The notes below the pieces were generated by a model that saw nothing but the letters and a program-made list of their open reading frames with translations, was not told the DNA's origin and searched no databases. Both the position numbers and the translations under genes were made by a program. Below, piece by piece: positions 23,411 through 33,127 of a stretch of DNA of 64,000 bases; the stretch's first letter is position 1; every line of letters begins with the position of its first letter. The stretch is from Tubulanus polymorphus (Eukaryota; Animalia; Nemertea). The stretch lies in contig NC_134029.1 in NCBI RefSeq assembly GCF_964204645.1, forward strand, positions 14,874,950-14,938,949, given 5' to 3'.

Positions 23411-24019
23411 ATGAATAAGGAATTATTTATATTTGAACCTCATAATATGTTAATTTCTGGTGTATCAAATTGTGGAAAAACTTATTTTATGTTAAATTTA
23501 TTAGAAACTGTTTATGAAAACTATTTTGATAATATAGTATTATTTTGCCCAACATATGAATTTAATCAAACTTATGATAGAAATATTACTAGGAATAATA
23601 AATTTATTATATTAGATCCTAAAACAGTAAAAGAAAACTTAGATAATTGTATTAAAATAGCAATTGATATTTATAAAGGATCAAATACATTATTCATTAT
23701 AGATGATTGCGCAAATTTACATGATTCAAAAGTTAGAGAAAGTGAGTTATGTTATTTAGCTTTCTCCGGGAGACATTTCGGGATAACAACTTGGGTTTTA
23801 AATCAAAAATATAATTCAATTGTTAAAGACTTTAGAGAAAACATTAGATTTCTAGTTTTATTCTACAATAAAGATAGAAAATCGATGAAAAATGCACTTG
23901 AGGAAAATGATATTATTCCACATGATTTACATAATGAATATATGGATAAGTTGAAAAATATTAAAAGATCAAAATTACTATTTAGATTACAACACCCATT
24001 TAAATATGAATTTATTTAG
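23411..24019 (+). CDS. A32/FtsK-like genome packaging ATPase
   Basis: Walker A GVSNCGKT, Walker B FIIDD, GRH motif, downstream Q and REN. Confidence 0.9.
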   Translation: MNKELFIFEPHNMLISGVSNCGKTYFMLNLLETVYENYFDNIVLFCPTYEFNQTYDRNITRNNKFIILDPKTVKENLDNCIKIAIDIYKGSNTLFIIDDCANLHDSKVRESELCYLAFSGRHFGITTWVLNQKYNSIVKDFRENIRFLVLFYNKDRKSMKNALEENDIIPHDLHNEYMDKLKNIKRSKLLFRLQHPFKYEFI

Positions 24020-24184
24020 ATTCAATTAGTTTGTTAATCTAGTTGAATTCTAGTTATTGGTAGTTGTAACAAAAATCAAATAGATTTAACAATATTTTAA
24101 CTAGCTTGTTAATCTAGTTGAATTCTAGTTACATTCTAGTTGAATTCTAGTTGCAACATCACAACTAATTTTTTTGTTATATAA

Positions 24185-24790
24185 ATGGTAGGTGAAAAGA
24201 AAATAAAATCTAAAAATGGTGATGTTCCAATTGATAAAACTTTAGATGATTTAGGAATAACAGAAAACAAATTAACTCCAGATAATTGTGCTTTAAATAA
24301 TGTTACAACAAATAATAATTATGAATATTATCTTTATTGCAAACATCAATTAGAAATATTAATAGCATCTGGAAAATGTAAAAAATTTGTCGATAAAAAT
24401 TTAACTTATAATGAATTAGATACAATGAAATCAGTTGAAATTATTAGATTATTTAAGATTTATGAAGCCGCGAGAACAGCTAAAATTAAAGACGCGATAT
24501 CAGAAAATGTAGTAAAAGGTTATAGTAAATTATGTAATTATATACTACCAATTGAAGATGAAAATAGATTATATTCCGATTTAAAAAATTATTATTTAGT
24601 TATGACTGAATTAAATAAATGGATTGGATATTTATCGTTTCAATTAGGAGGATTTATGACATTATTATCAACTGGGGTTATAACATTTTCAAATATTGAA
24701 AGTAAAAATATTTCTATAATAAATGAGCGAGGTGAAAGAAGTGAAGGAATTAACTGTGAAGAAAAAACCGAGAACTCAGAAACAAATTGA
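24185..24790 (+). CDS. Polinton hypothetical protein, 201 aa
   Basis: Intact ORF with start motif; hydrophobic stretch near C-terminus. Confidence 0.72.
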   Translation: MVGEKKIKSKNGDVPIDKTLDDLGITENKLTPDNCALNNVTTNNNYEYYLYCKHQLEILIASGKCKKFVDKNLTYNELDTMKSVEIIRLFKIYEAARTAKIKDAISENVVKGYSKLCNYILPIEDENRLYSDLKNYYLVMTELNKWIGYLSFQLGGFMTLLSTGVITFSNIESKNISIINERGERSEGINCEEKTENSETN

Positions 24791-25091
24791 ATGGTCTCGG
24801 CAATTAGGAATTAAATCACAAGAATATAAAAAAGCTGAAAAAGAAAAAATAAATAATAAAAATGTTAATAAAAATGGTGAAAATATTGTTATTTCTACTC
24901 CTTCTGATAATATAATATTTGATAAATATTTATATTTTACAGTTGGATTTGTAATTGTATTCATTTTGATTGGGTGTAATTGGTATAAGAAATCAAATAA
25001 AATTCATGATATTAATAATTCTGAAACAACTGCTATCAAAAGTGAAAATAATTCTGAAATTCCAAAATTGATAATAAAAAAAATGGATTAA
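24723..25091 (+). CDS. Polinton basic single-TM protein, 122 aa
   Basis: TAAATG start, basic KKKPRTQKQ N-terminus, TM YLYFTVGFVIVFILIG. Confidence 0.7.
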   Translation: MSEVKEVKELTVKKKPRTQKQIEWSRQLGIKSQEYKKAEKEKINNKNVNKNGENIVISTPSDNIIFDKYLYFTVGFVIVFILIGCNWYKKSNKIHDINNSETTAIKSENNSEIPKLIIKKMD

Positions 25092-25272
25092 TATTTTAGA
25101 AAAAAAGCAAAAAAAAATAATTTTTTTAAATTAATTGAATATCTCACTACTTTTGTCTATCACTGTGTGGGTGCCGTTTATGGCACCATCTATGCGGAGC
25201 AATTAAATTGTCCAGATAAGTCATTTCGGATTCTAGATATTCATTATTTTTATTAATTTATTTTTTTTAAAT

Positions 25273-25598
25273 TTAATCAACAATTTCTAAATCATGATGG
25301 CCATCTTCATTTTTTCCATGATATATTATTTTAAATCCTTTTAAATCTTTTAATTCCTCTGTACTCAATGAAACCCATTTATCAGGTAAAAATACTTTAA
25401 ATTCTCGCGATGTACTAACATTACATTCGCTTAAATTAGCTGATACTTTCTCTCCATATTTAGTTTTTATCTTTTCTAATTTCAATATTTTATGTTCAAT
25501 TTCTTTTGTAACATCAACTAACTTTTTTATTTCAAATTGTTTTTTGCTGGTTTAATTCTGTTATTTATTGTTGCTAAGAATGCTTTTCTATCTCCCAT
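25273..25598 (-). pseudogene. Small protein started from the right TIR, one frameshift; possible OB-fold ssDNA-binding protein
   Basis: ATG at 25598 (minus) MGDRKAFLATINNRIKPAK; a one-base shift in an A-run joins ...KIKTKYGEKV...KVFLPDKW...KIIYHG. SSB role is inference. Confidence 0.55.
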
Positions 25599-25935
25599 TT
25601 ATAAGGAAAACAAATTACTTGTGGTGATGAGTGGGGATTACTTCCCCCTGTATATAACAAACATGCTATTAACCGTTCTCACCCAAGCCTCACAGCATCT
25701 ATTTATCTGGGCACAGTTGACACGCAATCACTGTACTACAGTAACAGCACACGCGTTAATAACCGTTCTCAGTAGAGACTCACTGTATCGATCTATCCAC
25801 GCGCAGTTGTTGTTACGCGCACTCACTGTATATGTGTGTCACAGAGCAATCGTCCGTTCTCACTAGAGCCTAGCTGTGATGAGTGGTGTCTCGACCTCTC
25901 GACCTCTGATCTGAAAACGCCATCTTCTAATTACT
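25595..25935 (-). repeat. Right terminal inverted repeat of Polinton
   Basis: Ends ...CATCTTCTAATTACT, followed by TSD AACCTG. Confidence 0.95.
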
Positions 25936-26365
25936 AACCTGATAACCCAAATTAAGTGCTAGCATCGAACTTATGATTATTTTGATTTGGTTTTCGGTGT
26001 CATTGAAATTCGTAAATAAAGGTTCAACCGTCGTAGTATACTGTACTTAGCATAGCTCTGATTGGGTGTCATATTTCTACAAGACAAGGAGGAGTGTGAA
26101 AGGGTCTTCCCCGGGTAGGGCTTAAACCTGGTTTACTTTCTATCTTAATTTGCTGGAGACAAGGTGAGTTAATATGCAGAATACCTTGCACCAAGGGTCG
26201 GTTCCTTAGCAGTTTTAAATTCCTTGTTTCGTGATGGGAACGTCGGTGGGAATCTTTACATTTGAAAGGTTGGCAGATAATGTCCTTGAAAGCCTTTAAT
26301 TGGTTTATCTTTGTCAGCAGTATGAGGTTGGCATTGAGCCAATTCATGTAAAATCGCAGTACATT

Positions 26366-27653
26366 TTTAGCCCACTTGTGACTTTAGTCCCAGCGGGCTA
26401 TTGCGTTCACTTTTCGTCCGTCCGTTCGTCCGTCCGTCCGTCCGTCCGTCCGTCCGTCCGTAGACGGAATCCAGTTATTTTGGGAAGTTTTGAAGACGCT
26501 TCAAGGTAATGTCTTGATATTTGGGTTACACATGTATCTACCCTAGACACATCTTCAGCCCAAAAACTGGCCCTGTCAGAATCAAGATGGCCGACTGGCA
26601 GCCATTGTTGATCGTCAAAATCATCACTTTTTACACATTTTTGAACTTTTTGAAGGAAATTTTGAAGACGCTTTGATCAATTACCTTGATCTTTCGGATA
26701 TATGTGAATCCCCCCAGGGCCCATCAACATAACAAAAATTGGGTCGGTCGGACTCAAGATGGCCGTCCTATGACCTTTTTAGTGCCCAAAAATGTTAATT
26801 TTGGCCCAAATTCTGAGTCCTGTAGCTTCCTACTGGTTTGCCATTTCTCATTACAATTTGTGATGGGTATTCTTTGGAAAGGGATGTTTTATACCTGAGA
26901 CAGGTATTTTTCATCAGCCAATTATGACGCAATTGGCGGCCATCTTGGTGTCACCAGTACTCATTCGTAAGTGGGAAAAAGTTTTTCCACATTATATTGA
27001 TACCTAAGCGTATTTTGCTACCACAATCAATTAGAAAGTTGTAGCTCATAACGTGTTCTATGATTGTGGTGAGTTTCAAGGTAATTGGATTTCGTATATG
27101 GCCACCAGGGGGCGTTGAGTAATACAATATCTTAGCATTTCTTTATTATATTCGTACCTATGCATATTTTGTAACCACAATCAATTGGAAAGTTGTAGCT
27201 CATGACATCATCTATGATTGTTGCGAGTTTTAAGGACATCAGTTTTTCTATATGGTCACCAGGGGGCGTTGAATAGTAGAATAACTTAGTATTTCCTTAT
27301 TATATTGGTACCTAGGCACATTTTGTTACCATGATCAATTGCAAAGTTGTAGTTCATGACATGTTCTATGACTGTGGTGAGTTTCGAGGTCATTGGGTTT
27401 TGAATATGGTCACCAGGGGGCATTGAATGTTAGAATGACTTAGTATTTCCAAATTAAATTGGTAACGAGGCATATTTTGTTATCACAATCAATTACAAAA
27501 TCGTAGCTGTTGACATGTTCTATGATTGTGGTGAGTTTCAAGGTCATTGGTTTCTGTAAATGGTCACCAGGGGGCATTGAATGTTGAAATTGTTAGATTG
27601 TTCAGCATTTTAAACCACTTCCCAAGTGGTCATGGTGTCCCTGGACCCCTAGT
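26366..27653 (+). mobile_element. Helentron-associated/DINE-1-like non-autonomous element
   Basis: Inserted in a T-run; subterminal IR CCCACTTG/CAAGTGG, (GTCC)n microsatellite, four ~154-bp tandem units, 3' hairpin GTCCCTGGAC then CTAGTT; second copy at 34018-35044. Confidence 0.72.
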
Positions 27654-27664
27654 TTATGTGAGCA

Positions 27665-29005
27665 TTTTTTGGTTTGAAGAATGAGAACCTAAGCTATCGT
27701 TAAGTTGCAGTCATGAAGACACGTGACAGGATCGGAAGATTTTTTTAGATTGCATGATACGCCTCAATAAAATAGGTCCACAGACGTTATTCGCTTGTCT
27801 AAAGAATAATAAAATCATCATGATAAGATATCTAAATAGATACCGTATTTTCCGGCCAATAAGCCGAGGGCAGTTTTTTAGCCTAAAATACATGGATTTC
27901 ATAAAGCTTCGCCCAATAAGCCGAGGCCCTTCATCAGAGAGTTTAATTCACTGATTTGTCAATTAGTTCGTCTTAATTGACGATTTAAGAGGCTGACAGT
28001 AGCGCCCGCCGATGTGTGAGAGTGCTGTGTATACTATCATCGCCGAGTGACTGTGCTATATATAGACTCATTCAGCTGATTACTATACACACAGCCATAC
28101 ACGCAGTACGCGGCTCACTGCTGATTTGCATATATACTAATGTATGAACTGACACGTGGTAGTACGATGAACTCGCGCGTTATATAAATGTATACCATTG
28201 CCGCTGTGCGGTGATAGAACAATCAAAGTAAAAATAAAATAGTTCAAAATAGATTATAATTGGTAGTAAATAATGACCTCAAATAAATATCGACCACTTT
28301 TCTTGATTTTGACGATCATTGAGAGCATTAGAGTCGCATAGATCAGGAAGTGATATTTTATGTCAGATCGTACCCGCCCAATAAGCTGATCACGATATTT
28401 TGGGTAAAAATCTGAGGCTAGAAAATCGGCTTATTGGCCGGAAAATACGGTATTAAATAATATCATTTCTTGTAAGCATGCCTAATGAACGCCGATTTAG
28501 CGGTTAAACAAATCATAACTTCTACTTGCGCATGAATACAATATCAATGCTGTGCCTATTGTAAGCGCCAGTACCCCGTACGCACAGCCTTACACACGAC
28601 ACCGGCCTCCACTTCAAAAGTTATGACAAAATGTTAGAAACATTTTTGATCCGATTTACACCAAATAAACCTTTAAAGCAAGGTATTTAGCATCGGATAT
28701 TGTGCCGAAAATTCCAGATTGATACACAGCATAGTTTTTCAAGTAAGCCCATTTTTAGTGTAAACCAATTATGTTGTTTGACAGGCAGGATCAGCTGTGT
28801 GCCTCATTTTATCGATGACGTTAGATGTAAACAATAACATTACCACGTGCGCAATGCAAACAGCAAACAAATTGAATTTTTTAAGCAAACTTCTCTAATG
28901 GAATATTAATTTCTTTTTCATAATTTGCCTTTCTTTTATGTAATTTATAATTTATACATCAGACTTTGCTTCTTCGAAACATCAGGACTTTGAAGTCCTC
29001 TTGTT
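27665..29005 (+). mobile_element. Second HINE-like insertion
   Basis: Absent from the 2270-3370 copy; subterminal IR GTTTGAAGAA/TTCTTCGAAAC and 3' hairpin AGGACTT-TG-AAGTCCT. Confidence 0.5.
27843..28450. mobile_element. Tc1/mariner-pogo-type MITE
   Basis: 25-bp perfect TIR CCGTATTTTCCGGCCAATAAGCCGA flanked by TA; related left end at ~37010. Confidence 0.85.
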
Positions 29006-32000
29006 TCATTGGTTCTCGGGTTAATGTATAATCGATGCGATTGAAGACATGACGAACCTCCGTCGATGACATGGTCAACTTAATTTAAATTCGACGAAAA
29101 ACTGTTTTTGGTCGGAAAATTCTTAGCTCTTGCGTATAAAATTGCAATGACCTCGGTTGGGGCATAGATATTGTTTCATTTTAATACCCGGTGCTTGTGT
29201 TGAAAGTTCATTACACAATGCCTCCACGTGCGCGGAAGCGCTAACATTAATTAGACTGTTGCACACACAAACACGCTCATACAGACTACAATATGGTGAT
29301 GCTGTAACGCTGCTTGGCGCGTGCACGTTTGGTATGATAACAGGCTGAATAATCGGCGTAGCAGAAGATGAGCGCTGTGTTGTTTTCTGTTTGATAGAAT
29401 TTGTAATAAATTGTAATTTCATGTGACCTGAAAATACTAAGCAACAAACTATAGGTAAAGGTCGAGGTCTGAATATTGTAGTGGTAAATTCCAGGATTTA
29501 AAACGATGTAATACTAACTACGCCCCAGTTTTAGCTTCCACGGCCAAACATTGGAAGAGGTTTCGTTTCCTAGACTCATCAGCCACCCTCTGATATGTGA
29601 CATCATATGAATTTTATTTGAATATTTTAACATATTGTGAAAAAATTTTTTTGAAAATATAAAATAGTTTCCAATGCCGCGCCTACCTGTACCCCACGAA
29701 ATTTTGGATGTAGACCATGAACACATGTTTATCTTTGGTCTTATTTGACTACAAAATAATTCTTTAAGAAAGATAAGATAAAGTACAATATAAACTTCTA
29801 GAACTTTGGAGTCACAAATTAACAAGATTTTCAAGCAATGCCCCTTACTCCAAACAACCTCTAGCTTTCAAGGTAAACCACACTTTGCCCATGGTCAATT
29901 TATTTTTACAGTTAAACTGAAATTATCGCCGAGTTATATGGCAATGTGGGGTGCATTTATTCATTTACTGCAGACATAACAGTCGGCGTCTAGCCATATT
30001 ACTGAGGGAAGCACGCGCTGGCAGATCACAAGTGATTCACACTGCATATGCTACAGTGAAAGCACATGCTCATATTGCCGCACGCATTATGAATATGCAC
30101 GTTTTTCATACAGTGAAATAAGATTTTTGAATGAAATAAACTTTATCTTTTAGATTTTCATTTAAGTTGTCGGTCCAATTATTTGTCTTCGTCAAAAAGT
30201 CTTTGAAAGTGATGCACATTGGTCTGTCGATCTTTTTGAACTATAACCGGCCGTATCTCACTCTAAAGTTTAAGGTAATATAAATCGATCTGGTGTACCA
30301 CTGTCTGAGGCTCCAGTCTCAACATAATCTCCAGGGCACTAGGTGAACATATCTGCATAATTAAAAGAGTAGTAGAATAACAATGTAATATGTTTTCTTT
30401 AATATTATAAAAAACTGGACCTCGACAGCTCAGGACCTTTGGTCCTCTAGTTTTTTGTTAGAACTACATTTCTTTTTGGAAGAATACATAGTTGTTACCT
30501 ATGTTCGTGTTCACACACATGTGTCACACAGACTGTTGTGTCATGTATTGACCTACTGACGACCACTAGCTAGGTACATGTATATGGAAAGCTTGCACCT
30601 CACAGCATGTGGCCTAGTTAAAAGTTTCCAAGGAACTTGTTATTTTACTATCGCAGCCAAACTCCTCTCTCACCTTCGTGGCCTGTGGCTGCTGTTGAGG
30701 GGTCGTTCTGCTTTTGTCTGCCAGATTTTGACTCGCTAATAAACTCTGTGATAACATTAAATAATTTCATTTCATACATATCTCATTATTCCCCATTAGT
30801 ACAAATAATATAATTAACACAGATAGTACTTATCAATATAAATCATGCTTTCCTTATCGAACATTTGCATACATACCTGCTCCTATTAGTGCAAACCAGT
30901 ACTATAAATGCAAAGGGCGAACGGAAGTAGCCTTTAAAATTTCCCAGGAAAAAATAATCTTATCTGCACCGCTAAATAAACCTTTCCCGGCCCCTTACAA
31001 CTCACCCCGGGTGAACGCAACTCTCCGTAGCAAACAGCGGAATATCTTAGGAAACAGGGACTCACGTAGAGATCAAATAAAAAGCATAAACTGATAGAAT
31101 ATGCCAGATAGATTTATTACACCCATCTCCCCGAACAAGCAGATTTCGACTGGCTAACAAAGTCCGGAAGACGACTCCCCAGTGCTTACGGACAACCATC
31201 CGGACCTGAGATGGCAGCACCATCAAATACCTGACTAGACAAAATACGCAACCTCATAACATTTATATTTTAAGTCAACAGTGAAGCTAAGACATAATTC
31301 ACATTTTTATGAATTTCCGTTCCAAAAATATGTCCCCAAATAATCAGTATAAGCGAATAAGTATATGAGTTTTGGAAATTTTCTTTTTCCAAAAATAACA
31401 TTTGTTATGACAAAAGATATATTTGGTGTTGCTTTTCAAAATATTTGTGAAAATTTTAGATTTTATAGGTAATGTCATGTCAAAAAAAATAATTTACAGT
31501 GAATCAAACAGTAGATTTGATCGGGCAAGACAGTGATTCCGGCAAGGACTCAGACTCTGATTATGAAATTGATGAGAACGAATATTTAGAAGTGACTGAT
31601 TTTGATGATGATTTCGGAAATTCTGATGACTCAAATGGTCCTGTTTCCATGGAAATGGATGATGTAGATGATGAAAATGATTTTTCTGTGCGCCCAAATA
31701 CAAGTAGGGCTCATAGTCCTGATTATCATCCCTGTGTGAGTGACAATGATAGAAATAATAATAGGCCTGCTGCAGGAAGAGCTCGAGATCAGATTCTGAG
31801 GGGTCGTGGTCATCCGAGGTCAGTCTCCAGAGGCTGAGGTACACTTGCTGCTACTGTACCTTCACGTGGCAGAAGAAGCCATTCTCAAAGCCGTGGTCGT
31901 GGAGGAGGTGGGTGAGGAGCTACGCCTGTAGCAGAGATGGGGCTGTTGGGCAAACACAGAAAGGTGCCCAATAAATGGTGCCCAAATTATGACCGTCAAC

Positions 32001-33127
32001 CACCGAATGGAATGAAAATCGCTGCTGCAATCGATTGGACGCCCATTGATTATTTCAACAATTTGTTTCCAAATGGAGCCTTTGATCCCTTAGTTACTGA
32101 AACTAATCGGTATGCAGAACAGTTTCTGGACTCTCCTATTGAACTACCAGCATCTTCCAGGTACCATCATTGGGAGAACATTGATGTGAATGACATATCT
32201 ATATGGCGATGACATTAGCTATGGAGATATGCCATAAACCCAGAATTGAAGACTATTTTTGTGGTTTTTGGCTAACTGCTAAACCCAATATGTCATATTT
32301 CATGAGTAGGAATAAATTCCAGTTGATTTCATCCTTTCTTCACTTCAGACATGACGCAGAAAGGATACCAAACGGTCAGCCGGGATATGATCCATTGTAC
32401 TAAGTGAAATATATTAGATAGATATATAAAGATATTAGATATTTGTGTTCCTTGGTATAAAGCACTTAATACTACAACCCTGACCTGGCCGTTGATTAAA
32501 GTATGGGCAAATTCAAGGGGAGATTATATTTTAGGCAGTATATGCCATAAAAACAAATTTGGTGTAAAGCGTTGGTGCTTATGCGATGCTAATGGGTATT
32601 GCCTGGACTGGTATACATATACTGGCAAATCTGGTGACGAGGCAGGTCCAGGGTTGTGGAATAAAGTTGTAGAAAGGCTTACAGCCCCTTATTATAACAT
32701 GGATCATCATGTATATATGCAGATGATTTCTTTAAATGTCACCATCAATAATGATTAAATTGAAGCAAAATGACACAGGCCTGTGTGGAACTGTGAAGCC
32801 CAATAGGATTGGTCTTCCATCTGCTATGCCAACGGCAAACCTTGCTCGACCCGATCCTCTTTTGAATGCTGATGGTGGCATGTCAGCTGTGACATGGATG
32901 GATGTAAAAAAAGTAAATGCAATTACCTCTATCCATGGAAACAATGTGAAAAATATTCAATTAGAGATAAAGACCAGCCCACAGGGAGGTACGGAAACCT
33001 GGACTGATCTGCGATTACGGTGCGTACATGGGTGGGGTTGATCGAGACGATCAACTCCTATCGTTCTATGATCACAACCGCCTCTCTAAAAATGGTACAT
33101 GAGAATCTGCTTGACTGCTGTGGTTAA

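Larger units (their letters stand above)
9072..25935 (+). mobile_element. Polinton/Maverick (adintovirus-like endogenous dsDNA virus), full length, decayed
   Basis: 5'-AG...CT-3' termini, 341-bp TIRs, 6-bp TSD AACCTG (9066-9071, 25936-25941); pPolB, rve integrase, A32-like ATPase and capsid genes; very AT-rich, intronless, gene-dense. Confidence 0.97.

Noticed and set aside
9072-25935. Polinton as contaminating viral or bacterial contig
   Set aside because: Perfect TSD and location between in-phase host exons indicate true integration.
26686-26898. 70-aa ORF duplicated at 34314-34526
   Set aside because: Chance ORF in two copies of a non-autonomous element.
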